From the human T2T-CHM13v2.0 reference genome, Homo sapiens, in NCBI RefSeq assembly GCF_009914755.1, contig NC_060935.1: a stretch of DNA of 64,000 nucleotides; one strand, 5' to 3'. Shown here one piece after another: positions 51,204 to 62,494 of the stretch; within the stretch, counting starts at the first letter, position 1, and each line of letters starts with the position of its first letter. The notes under the pieces were generated by a model, which was given only the letters and a program-made list of their open reading frames with translations, was not told the origin of the DNA and did not search any database. A program made the position numbers and the translations under genes.

Positions 51204-51509
51204 ACAGGAGGTGGGGAGGGTGAACACGTACAAATCATAGTGAGAAAGAACCAGTAAGACCTGGTGTTTGCCAGCACAACAGGATTACAAGCAACAATAA
51301 TGTATCATACATTCTTAAATCACTATGAGTATAATTGGATTGTTGGAACACAAAGGACAAATGTTTGAGGGGTGGATACCCCTTTACCCTGATGCGATTA
51401 TTACACACTGCATGCCTATATCAAAATATCTCACGTACCCCATACCTACAAATGTATGTACCATGTACCCACAAAAATTACAAATACAAAAATACAAAAA
51501 AAATTAGTC
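51204..51509 (+). mobile_element. L1MA-like 3'-end fragment with 13-bp target site duplication
   Basis: L1MA 3'UTR (ggatacccc..taccctgat..gattattacaca..tgcatgcct.tatcaaaatatctca), A-rich tail, and TAAAAACTAGACT at 51191-51203 and 51510-51522. Confidence 0.85.
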
Positions 51510-51886
51510 TAAAAACTAGACTCTACACTTAAGGCTGGGCAATTTCACAAAGCCCTTGAAGGGCAGGAGTCTCTTCCAGGCTCCAGAGGAATCCAGAGGA
51601 TGAAGCAGGACGCAAAACGAGGCAGCACGTGAGCAGGGAGAGGGCACAGAGAGGCCCAGACCCCTCAGGCCACAGGGACACAGCCATGCCCAGAGTCCCT
51701 TCAGACCCCTCCCGTCACCCACAAGGACCTCATCACTGTCTCAACCCACCTCAGTCTGTGCAGGGCTGGCAGGCCAGGAACTGCAGCCTCCTCCTACCTC
51801 CCCCCACCCGGGGTAGCCTGCAGGAAGACCGGGGAGGGGAGAAGCAGAGAGCAAAGCATGCCGGGGTGACTCACAGAGGTCCGTAC

Positions 51887-51998
51887 CAAACTGAGAATGT
51901 CTGCTCGTAGCCTCCATCATAGCCTGGTTCCCAGGACACGTTGGCAGTTGTCATGGAGACCTGGACCCGGACACTGCCCGGGGCATGGGGGCTGGTGC
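51887..51998 (-). CDS. IGSF9B: IGSF9B exon 12 (FN3-1 N-half); alternative donor extends it to 51875
   Basis: ctccag|GC. GTSPHAPGSVRVQVSMTTANVSWEPGYDGGYEQTFSVW. Donors TG|gtacgg and CT|gtgagt. Confidence 0.93.
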
Positions 51999-53199
51999 CT
52001 GGAGATCAAGTGGAGACCTCTCAGACTGAAAAGAACTCAGCCACGTGGCTGGGTGCCCACCGTCTGGCTGTGGGGAACCTGAGAGGCTGAAGCGCATGGC
52101 AGCGGAGCACAATACTGCAAGTGAAGGGATGGGGGCGACGGGGATGCTCTCAGGCGCCGACTCCCCTGACCCTGCTTGTTAGTGGGGTTGGAGCAGGAAG
52201 CCTGTCCCACTGTGCGGTCTAGTCCAACTAGGAGATCACATAGCATCAGGAATGGGTCCAACAGAAACCAGAGCCCTCCTCGTCCTGGCCCAAATCCTGT
52301 GCTTCTCTGGTGAGCACAGAAACACTCTCTCCTAAGGTGGCAGGCACAGCCACAGAGCCCCTCCCGTAAGGTTCTCTGGCCTCAGAAGACAACTCCGTCC
52401 CACCCCAATGCTGGCATGTGGGCAGCACAGCACAGCAGTTAGGAGCCCCATCCTGGCTTCGATTCCCGGACCCACTACTTCTTAGCGATGTGACGCCGGA
52501 GAAAGCATTCGGGCCACGGCAACCTCTGCTTCGAGGAACATACACTAGAGAAACCCCAGCTCGCACCTCCCGAGTTGTGAAGGACGAGCTGTGCAGACCA
52601 CTTGGAACAGAACCTAAAACTGGTGGTAAAGGCTCCAAAAGCATTGGCTGTGACTGTGATTATAGCCGTCAGGACCCAGAAGGACAGGCTGAGAGGGCCC
52701 AGGCGAAGGTCCTGGGACACGCGCTTCGGGCAATCGGAAACGGGAACGCCCAGACACAGAACCCCAGAAACTTCCTCCTGCCCAGCCTCCGCACGCCAGG
52801 CCTGGCCTGCAGGTCTCAGCTCTGCCCTCATCTGAGATGCTGCACAGTCCCCGTCTCCCTCATTCCAGCCCTCCAGCTCTCCCTAAGGCCCTTAAACTCA
52901 AGGCTCTGCAGTCCCTGCCAGCCACACAGCCGCCTCTTTCCCTCAGGTGGGCTGCTGTGGACTTCAGGCCTGTCCCCAGAAAGACCTCCCTGAGGACAGG
53001 AGCCACGCTGCCCTTCCCCGACAGAGCCCACGGGGGCAAAGGCTGCCGGTGCTGGACGCGGAGTTCAGGGCTGCACTGACTTAGGAAGGGAGCCCGCAGA
53101 GTGCAGCGGCCACCAGGGGACGCTCCCAGCGTCCAGCACCCCGCCCCCAGCCAGCCTGCTCTGTCCCCGCCGCCCGGCCCAGCCTTGCCGGCCACGTAC

Positions 53200-53350
53200 C
53201 GATGACGGTGAGGTGGGTGCTGGCAGTGATGCTCGTGACCACGTTGGTGGCGACACATTCCCACTCCCCGTGGTCCTCCTTACTCAGGGCACGGAACTGC
53301 AGGCTCCCACTGGGCAGGGCACTGTGCTTGCTTCTGCTGGGCTTCCCTAC
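53200..53350 (-). CDS. IGSF9B: IGSF9B exon 11 (Ig5 C-half, VGKPSRSK...HLTVI)
   Basis: ccaag|GTA...TCG|gtacgt, 151 nt. Ig motif DHGEWEC. Confidence 0.94.
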
Positions 53351-53547
53351 CTTGGTGAACAAGGGGCAGGGAAGAGGGTGGGAACAGAAATGGGGGTTAG
53401 GAGAGAAGCCCGAAGCAGATGGGGAGGACGCGCCTGAGACCCCGGCCCGCCCACGCTGCCCTCCTCCCGAGTGCCTGCCGCTCTTCAGGGTCAGCTCACT
53501 GCTCGGCATCTAGCCTGGTCAGGGCAGGTCCAGAATAGAACTGCTCG

Positions 53548-53662
53548 CTGGGCCCTCACACCTCCCCTCAGCCCCGGGGCTCACTGGGCCCTCAAACCTC
53601 CCCGCAGCCCCAGGGCTCCCTGGGCCCTCACACCTCCCTGCAGACCCAGGGCTCCAGGGCCC
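53548..53662. repeat. 36-bp minisatellite, ~3 copies, at the 5' end of intron 10
   Basis: ctgggccctcacacctccc..cagccc..gggctc at 53548, 53584 and 53620. Confidence 0.85.
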
Positions 53663-53668
53663 AGGTAC

Positions 53669-53785
53669 CTTTCTCCAAGTGATGACAGGAAAGGGGTCCC
53701 CTGCGGCAGCACAGGGGATAAGTAGCTCCCGGCCGGCCTCCTGCCTGTACTCCCAGCCTGGTAGCACCGTGAAATAGGGGGGGTC
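53669..53785 (-). CDS. IGSF9B: IGSF9B exon 10 (Ig5 N-half, DPPYFTV...ITWRK)
   Basis: cccag|GAC...AAG|gtacct, 117 nt. Confidence 0.95.
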
Positions 53786-53870
53786 CTGGGGAGGAAAGCA
53801 CAGGCACCCTCGTGAGGCCGGGGATCCAGGTGCCCAGCTCATGGAGGCCGTCACAGCCCTGGGACCTCAC

Positions 53871-54011
53871 CTTCAGGACAAGCCTCGCAGGGGCAGACTG
53901 GCCCATGGTCCCCAGAGTGTTGTAAGGCACACAGGTATAAGTGCCAAGAGCCTCCTCTGTGGCCTCCTCAATTCGAATGGAGCCATCCTCCATCAGGGTC
54001 CAACCGAGGTT
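53871..54011 (-). CDS. IGSF9B: IGSF9B exon 9 (Ig4 C-half, NLGWTLMEDG...RLVLK)
   Basis: ggcag|AAC...AAG|gtgagg, 141 nt. Confidence 0.95.
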
Positions 54012-54286
54012 CTGCCAGACACAGACGATAGGGCAGGGAACGCTGGTCAGAGACTCCGCGCTCCATCCCAGGCTGGGTCCCAGCTGGGCCAGGCAGCACG
54101 CAGGATAGTACAGGAGCTCCAGCCCGGGGCGGGCGGCACCCGCAGACCCCTACAGAAGCAGCTCTCTGTTTGCCCAGGGCTTTTGGAAGGGGCCAGGAGT
54201 CCTGGCAGAAATCCAGAGCCCAGAGGTGGCATCACAGTACTGGGGGGAGCCCTCACTCCAACCCTCAACATGCATCTCTCTAGCAC

Positions 54287-54429
54287 CTTCTCAACCTGCA
54301 GGGGACGGCCGTCCTTGTTCCACTTGACCACGGTGGCCGGTGGTTCTGCGTCCACAGGGCAGCGGATGTAGCCATGGATCCCCACGGGCACGTAAATCAC
54401 AGGGGGCATGTTGAGGACACGCGCTGGGT
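54287..54429 (-). CDS. IGSF9B: IGSF9B exon 8 (Ig4 N-half, YPARVLNMPP...LQVEK)
   Basis: atgcag|AC...AAG|gtgcta, 143 nt. Confidence 0.95.
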
Positions 54430-54445
54430 CTGCATAGAGGAAGCG

Positions 54446-55842
54446 CAGGTGAGAGAGCAGACAGACAGACACAGGGACAGACAGACAGACACAGGGACAG
54501 ACAGACAGACACAGGGACAGACAGACACAGGGAAGCCAGGTGGGAGAGCAGACAGACAGACAGACAGACACAGGGACAGACAGACAGACACGGGGACAGA
54601 CAGACAGACACAGGGAAGCCAGGTGGGAGAGCAGACAGACAGACAGATACAGGGACAGACAGACAGACACAGGGACAGACAGACAGACACAGGGAAGCCA
54701 GGTGAGAGAGCAGACAGACAGACACAGGGAAGCCAGGTGGGAGAGCAGACAGACAGACAGACACAGGGAAGCCAGGTGGGAGAGCAGACAGAGACAGACA
54801 CAGGGAAGCCAGGTGGGAGAGCAGACAGACAGACAGACACAGGGAAGCCAGGTGGGAGAGCAGACAGACAGACAGACACAGGGAAGCCAGGTGGGAGAGC
54901 AGACAGACAGACAGACACAGGGAAGCCAGGTGGGAGAGCAGACAGACAGACAGACACAGGGAAGCCAGGTGGGAGAGCAGACAGACAGACAGACACAGGG
55001 AAGCCAGGTGGGAGAGCAGACAGACAGACACAGGGAAGCCAGGTGGGAGAGCAGACAGACAGACAGACACAGGGAAGCCAGGTGGGAGAGCAGACAGACA
55101 GACACAGGGAAGCCAGGTGGGAGAGCAGACAGACAGACAGACACAGGGAAGCCAGGTGGGAGAGCAGACAGACAGACAGACACAGGGAAGCCAGGTGGGA
55201 GAGCAGACAGACAGACAGACACAGGGAAGCCAGGTGGGAGAGCAGACAGACAGACAGACACAGGGAAGCCAGGTGGGAGAGCAGACAGAGACAGACACAG
55301 GGAAGCCAGGTGGGAGAGCAGACAGACAGACAGACACAGGGAAGCCAGGTGGGAGAGCAGACATACAGACACAGGGAAGCCAGGTGGGAGAGCAGACAGA
55401 CAGACAGACACAGGGAAGCCAGGTGGGAGAGCAGACAGACAGACAGACACAGGGAAGCCAGGTGGGAGAGCAGACAGACAGACACAGGGAAGCCAGGTGG
55501 GAGAGCAGACAGACAGACAGACACAGGGAAGCCAGGTGGGAGAGCAGACAGACAGACAGACACAGGGAAGCCAGGTGGGAGAGCAGACAGAGACAGACAC
55601 AGGGAAGCCAGGTGGGAGAGCAGACAGACAGACAGACACAGGGAAGCCAGGTGGGAGAGCAGACAGACAGACAGACACAGGGAAGCCAGGTGGGAGAGCA
55701 GACAGACAGACAGACACAGGGAAGCCAGGTGGGAGAGCAGACAGACAGACAGACACAGGGAAGCCAGGTGGGAGAGCAGACAGACAGACACAGGGAAGCC
55801 AGGTGGGAGAGCAGACAGACAGACACAGGGAAGCCAGGTGAG
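54446..55842. repeat. VNTR, 35/37/39-bp unit CAGGGAAGCCAGGTGGGAGAG(CAGA)nCA, ~35 near-identical copies
   Basis: Direct inspection. Period 39 measured at 54841/54880. Confidence 0.97.
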
Positions 55843-56250
55843 AATCCAGGCCGGAGGCAGCCCATGCACCAGCCCAGGTGCTCAGAACTTCTGTTCTGAG
55901 TGTCTGGAGGCACTCAGATGCACGTCCGAGCCTGCTCCAATCCTCAGTGCCCCTGTCATGCTTCTACCATGGACCTCACCCGTTGAACGAGGTCCTCTCA
56001 ATGTCCATTTCTCTCTGTTCCTAGACCCCGAGCGTCAAAGCCAGCATTTGCCCACACCCTTCCCCAACAGCTCCTTATCCCAAAGTCTCCTGAGCAACAA
56101 GCAGTCCCCGCCTCTACATCCGAAGCCAAAAGAAGAACACTATCATAGGCTTAACCACAAAGGGGGTATCTTTCCTCCCCATTCTGCTGGTTGACCAGCC
56201 TTCCTTGGATTCATTTCCCCATCTGATTCTGCAGCTGAAATGCTGAATCA

Positions 56251-56590
<340 letters not shown>

Positions 56591-58404
56591 TCAGTACTCC
56601 CCTATTTCTCCTGAGGGCTACGGAGGAGAAGGATCCAGAACTAGGAAGGCAGTGAGGATGAATGAGCTGGTATCTTTTAAGCATTTTGAGCTCTTCAGAG
56701 AACAGTGTTACATAAATACCAGGCCGAGTTATATATTTAGACATAGCTTCCTACTTTTGTATGGTAGAGTTTTTTTTTTTTTTTCCTCCAAGGTTTTCAA
56801 AGCGTTTATGAATGGGAAATACTCTGAACACTGCTTTTTAGCAGAAATAAAAATCCTTGTCTCACCCACCTGTAAATCTCAACCCCCTGGATTTTCTTTG
56901 AAGACAGGAAGGAGGTAAAAAAGGACAAGGGGGAGTGGGTGGTGACGCTGGCGCTGGGGAGAGACAGGGAAAACCAAAACATGTCTCCAGAAAGACAGAT
57001 GGCCTATGGCTTCGAGGAGGGGCCTTCATCCTGGCCAGCTCGTCTTCCAAAGGCCACCTCCTGTTGGCTCCTCCTGCCCCACCATGGCCAACTCCGTGCC
57101 AGGTGGCACAGCCTGCGTCCAGCACAGAGGGACGGGGCGCACCTTTGTGGTGGACGGGTCTCTCCTTCCTGCAGCTCTTCCCCACCCCAGCACAGCTTGG
57201 GCACATCCTAAGTCATGTATGAATAACTTCTCAACTCGCTTTTTCCCGCTGCAGGTCTGGGGAGTGAGATCTGTTGTCCTGGGCCTCACGGCTCTCTAAA
57301 GCTTGGGCCTGGGAATACAGCACATCAAAAGTCCTTTAAGTGGCTGACGGCAGACGCAGAGAGGCGATGCACTCCATAGAGAGGAAAGAGTGAGACTGCG
57401 AGGTTAGGGGTCCGATGGCGCTCAGCAGGCGCAGCGTGCTCCACCACCGCGACCAGTGGTGGAATGTCCACATCCAGCTCTGGGCAGCAGTCGGACCAGC
57501 TCCACCTCCAGGGCCACCAGCCATCCTCCACTTGTCCTCAGCTCGTACACTGACCCCGGTCTTGTCTCCAGACTGTTCCACTTCTCACCCCTGCCACTCC
57601 CTGTCGCTGGGTGTGAGCAATCCGCCCACACCAGCCGGGAAATGAGGGAGAGTCTGTTATCTACAGCAACAATGCCAGCCTTTGTTGCCTGAGTGACAGG
57701 GCCATCCACAAATCAAAAGGAAGATATTACTCCTCATTACTCATCCTTCTCTGTCTCAGGGCTCAGCTTGCCAGGGGGCGGGAAAGCAACTGGCGGCTCA
57801 GTATTAAAGATCAGCAAGCTGAATGGTGGTGCTTGCACAAAAGCCCTCGAACGTCTGGGTGAGGAGCAGCTCATTCATCTGGATCTCCAGCCACCCAAGG
57901 GGAGAGGCCGCGGACGCCAGAGGGAGCAGGCGCAGGAGCTGGAGCACATCGCCCCCGACACAGACGCGGTGTGGAAAGGCAGGGAGTAAGGCTGGGAGAA
58001 ACCTAACCCTGCATGGGCCTGGGCTATGCTCCATAAGACACCTGAGAAAAGAGCACCAGAGAGCAACTGATTCTGGGCACAGAGGTGCAGGCCAGCCTTC
58101 AGCCCGAGGACCACCGTTCAGAAGGAACTGCTCAAAGGTGTCTTCCTGAGTGCAGCCTGCACGGAGCTGATGAGATGTACTGGCTGAACAGCGACGCCTG
58201 GCCAGCGAAGTAGGAGCTGCTCCACCCCAACTGTCCAGGGCCTCGGCCTCCTCTCCAGCCATCCCTCCTTCTTCTCTTATTCGCTCCTCCACCTACATGC
58301 CCCCAAATGATGCTTGGTCTTTGCTACCCTCCAGCCTACAGTCTGGCTAACACCAAAACCTTCTGGGAGCCCCACCACCCAGGCTCCCCTGCACCCCTAC
58401 TCAC

Positions 58405-58550
58405 ACTGCACGGTCAGGTACGCCGAGGCGGAGGGGGAGCGCCCCAGGCTGTTGCTGGGCACACAGGTGTACTTCCCTGAGTCCTCCGGCTTCACCCGGA
58501 AGATGATCAGGGTCCCATCGATTAGGATGCGCACCCTCAGCTTCAGGTCG
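58405..58550 (-). CDS. IGSF9B: IGSF9B exon 7 (Ig3 C-half, DLKLRVRILIDG...YLTVQ)
   Basis: ttgcag|C...AGT|gtgagt, 146 nt. DSGKYTC motif. Confidence 0.95.
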
Positions 58551-58840
58551 CTGCAAAGCGGCATGGGGACAGGGGGTTGGGCGAGCAGAAGGGGATCTTG
58601 CCGCAGACACACAGTCACCGTCACTGCCCCAGATGTGGCATGGAGAGCCCATGCCCCTGGCATCCCCAGGGCCCCTCCATGCAGACCCTGGCCTTGGCAT
58701 GTGAGACACACGGACCAGACTGCCCACCTCCCCCAGCTCCAAGAGCCACGGGCAGCCTGCCCGTGCAATTTCTGCTCAGGGGCCCTGCCCGTGGGGGCTG
58801 GGGTGGCAACCTCATTGAAAAGTCAGAGCAGGGTGCTCAC

Positions 58841-58982
58841 TTCTGAAAGTAGACGTTCTCGTCCTGCCAGTACCAGGTGTAGGTGAGGTTGCCCGGATAC
58901 GCCTCTGCCCGGCAGGTGAGCAGAGCATCCTGGGAGATGTTGACGGTGATGTTCTCAGGAGGGGAGACGATGAAAGGGGGCC
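58841..58982 (-). CDS. IGSF9B: IGSF9B exon 6 (Ig3 N-half, GPPFIVSPP...NVYFQN)
   Basis: cccag|GG...GAA|gtgagc, 142 nt. Confidence 0.95.
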
Positions 58983-60163
58983 CTGGGGAGAGCAGGGAAC
59001 AAACCCCACCTCGCCTGATCAGGGACGGCAGCAGCACCCAGGCCTCCTGGGAGCCCTCAGTGCCTCAGGAAGCGGTGCCCTGAACACTGCGATGGGGGCG
59101 GCTGTCATGGAGACACTTCCAGATGCTATCTGTGCTCAGGCATCCTGTCCACCACCCCTGCCCCCGCACCAGGCTCCCCAGACCAGCCGCCACGCACACC
59201 CCCTTCCTGCCTGCCTTCTCCCAGCAGAGCCCGAGCCAGACATGCAGCAGGGAGAAAGGCAACTCTTTTCAAATCTAGAGCGAGGAATAGTCCAGTCTCA
59301 AGGAGTCAGGGCCGTGGGCTGCTCCCCAGCCAGAAATCAAGAGGGCAGCTGGGGGTGCAGGGGCCGAGGAGTAAGCAGAGGGTGAAAGTCCAGCAGTCCT
59401 GGTGCTGGCTGCACAGACAAAGGGGGCAGCTGCGGCCAAGTCTCCCCTGAGAGGGAACAGCTTCCATCCAGGCTGCTGAGGGACCTCTGGCCCAGGCTGC
59501 TGCTCGGCACTCAGAGGCAGGAGGAGCATGCAGCCGCCACCAACCCCCACAACCCCCGAGTTCCTCCAGGAGGCAGGGCTGGGGAGGCTAAGCCGGGGGC
59601 CGAGTTCAGCACAGGGTAGAGACCCCCCGACCGGGACGCTGCCCCATCCTGCACAGTTCCTGGCCCCTCTCTGGGGACTCTGGGGCTCCAGGCAGGGCAG
59701 TCTGGCATCTCCCTGTGCTGACCATACAGACCCCAGCTCTGCCAAATGCCCACTGTGTTATTTAAATGTCTGGGGCTTGGATTGAGTTTCTATCTTTATT
59801 TATTGATGCCGTCACTAATGGATAGATGACCCCAGGGAGGTCTCCTCTCCCAGGGAGGCGGAGACATGGGAGAGATGCTATCTGAACAGAAGGAGAAACC
59901 AGAAACCCACACAGCAGGGGCCTCTCTGCCACGCCATGTGGTGCCTGGCCACGGCCTGTGGGCCTGGCCCTCTCCCAGGCAGCCGGTGCGGGAGCTCTGA
60001 CCAGGGCAGCAGGCAGCACACAGGAGCCCCGCACAGGTCCTCATGGCCGCCTGCACCTCCACTAGCCCCAGCTGAGCCCTGGGAAAACGCCCTCCGTAGC
60101 TCAGCCGGGCTGGACATCCCCGCGGGAGCCCAGGGTTAAAGAGGCTGAGGAAATGGCTCCTAC

Positions 60164-60281
60164 CTTGGACAAGCAGGTGAGTCGTGTGGACAGCCTCCCC
60201 CTGAATGCTGTACGCTCGGCAGGTGTAGGCACCTCTGTCCTCCCGACTGACCGATGTCACTGTCAGGCTGCCGTCACTCAC
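60164..60281 (-). CDS. IGSF9B: IGSF9B exon 5 (Ig2 C-half, VSDGSLTV...HLLVQ)
   Basis: cccag|GTG...AAG|gtagga, 118 nt. DRGAYTC motif. Confidence 0.95.
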
Positions 60282-60597
60282 CTGGGAGCCCAAAACAGAG
60301 GGAGCTCAGCACCCACGCTCACACCCACCGCTGCTACCCTCAAACACGGAGATGCAGTCGGAGACACTAAGGTGGAGATGACCACAGGGACAGATGCATC
60401 TGGGGGACACGAAGGGCAGGTGCCCCCTTGCCCATCTCCCGCCAGCGACACAGAGACGCCTGCAGCTGAGCCAGGCTACGGCTTTCCAGCCTCCTCTGTG
60501 CTTGTGCCTGTAGCATCAGGGGTCGGCTGCAGTAGGAGGCTGCCCTGGGGAAACGGGGGAAGAGACCGCAGCGGCCCCAACCTAGAACCACACTCAC

Positions 60598-60749
60598 CTG
60601 GTATTTCCCACTAGCACCGAGGAGCGTCCCCTCCTTGAGCCAGGTGACAATGGGCTTGGGGTTCCCAAAAGCTGTGCAGGTCATGGTGATACTACCACCC
60701 TCCTTGGCCTCGATGTACTGGGGGGGTGTTTCTGTAAAGGTGGGAGGGG
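60598..60749 (-). CDS. IGSF9B: IGSF9B exon 4 (Ig2 N-half, APPTFTETPP...GKYQ)
   Basis: ttgcag|CC...CAG|gtgagt, 152 nt. Confidence 0.95.
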
Positions 60750-61589
60750 CTGCAAAGGAGACCACAAAGATGAAGGACACGCCATCAGCCACATCGCTGC
60801 CCTGCAACAACAGTACCTGCCCCACACATCACCCTCGCTGCGGCTCTGCGGAATGCAAGGACAAAGGAAGGAAGGTGGGGATGGGAAAAACTTTCTGCCT
60901 ACCAACATCACTGGCAGGGAGACCTGCATCGAAACTCAGGCTGGCTGGGTCCAAATTCTGTATTGTAGCTTATTCCCAGGTCACCGATGTTAACTGAGCA
61001 TCTACTCTAGGGTGGCCCTTACAAACACTGCCTGCTCCCAGCTCCTCAGGCTTTGCTACCATCCTTCAGTCTTTCCCTTTATGATGATCCATGACACACA
61101 GGAGCTCCTACTTCTTGAAACCCAGCTCAGCCAGGCCCCCGCGTTTCCAGGACACTTGCCGTCGGAGCCCTACCAAGACTTAACACAGATGCAGGCCAAG
61201 GCTACGCGGAACCTCATTTTCCCAGATTCTGCTGAGAAAATCATCCAGCTTCCTCCCTCTCTGGCTTCCATGGATGAAGGTGGACAGCCCACCCGAAGGC
61301 CACTCCCTTCTTCATTTTCCTCTGATCATGTCAGGTCATCTTCCCCCCTGCATTGGAGATTTGATTAAAACTCCATCCTGTTTGGGTAATCGGCTTTTCA
61401 CAGACTCAGTCCCATTTGCCTGAGCTGCTTGTAGAAGCAATCCGGTCAATCTTAACCCCTTGGACTATCAGTTCCAGAGTCTTCTGAAATGGCAAGGAGG
61501 CCCCCAGTTCTGAACTCCAGCCCGGAGGCCCACGGCACTAGGCTGGCGCAGGTCAAGCTGAGCTCATCTCAAGGTACCTGAAGCTCAGA

Positions 61590-61730
61590 ACCCAAGTTCA
61601 AGCACTAGCCTGCCACTTCTGGTAGGCTTGACAAGTTACTCAGCCTCTCTGGGTCTTACCTAAATACCTAACTCCCCTACCCTCCAGAAATGATGTGAGG
61701 AATAAACATGTAAAAAGGAGCTTGTAAAAT
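61590..61730 (+). mobile_element. MIR SINE relic
   Basis: gttcaagc..tgccactt...ttgacaagttactcagcctctctg..tc.tacctaaa. Confidence 0.5.
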
Positions 61731-61849
61731 GCACCAGTTGCCAGTACCACCGCCATCTCTATCAGCTCTTCAGGAGCCACTGAGGCATTCACGGGAAGCT
61801 TTGGGAGGGTCCCTCCTCCCCACACAGCCCTGCCCTGAGAACTAGTCAG

Positions 61850-62335
61850 AGCGCTATAGGATCTTGTCCTGCCTGTGGCACCAGCCTCCTCTCCCTCCCA
61901 GCGCACTCCAACCACACTGGCTGCCTTTGTCTTCCTCAAATGCACCAAGAACTTCTGACCTCAGGCCCTTTGCATGTGTGGCTCTACCTGCTTAGGACTA
62001 CATACCTGGAGCTCACTCCTTTGGGTTATGCAAGTCTTTGCTAAAATGCTGCCTTACCTGGGCAGCCCATCCCATCTCAGATGGCACTTCCAGCATTCTC
62101 TATTCCCTGGTGCTGTTTCATTTTCTTCAAAGCACATATCACTTACAAGTCTGTCTCTCTCTGTGTGTTTACCTGTTTCTTACCTGTCCCCTTTATTAGG
62201 ATGGTGGCTCCTTAAGAGCAGCCCCCTTTTGCGTAGGTCACCACATGCCCAGCTTTTAGCATAGTTCCTGGATGTAGCAGCCAAGGGCTCAGCAAACATT
62301 TGTTGAATGAACGAAAGAATGAAACAAACAAATGA
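61850..62335 (+). mobile_element. L2 3'-end relic
   Basis: cctcaggccctttgcatgtg...gctcagcaaacatttgttgaatgaacgaa. Confidence 0.65.
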
Positions 62336-62494
62336 GTGGTGTTCACACATACACAGACCTGCAGGCCGATACCAAAACACTTCTTAAGAGCAAGGCCACA
62401 GCTAGACCACTTTCATCTCTCATCTCCAAAGCCTGCAGCTCAGTGCAAGCGCAGCAGGGGCGCACGGAGGGTGGCCACTGAATGAATGCAGGAG

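Noticed and set aside
54446-55842. CRISPR-like periodicity (~35-39 bp)
   Set aside because: No unique spacers or cas genes, and eukaryotic context.
54047-56194. Six long overlapping ORFs (260-606 aa)
   Set aside because: Artefact of a stop-free VNTR; the translations are simple repeats.
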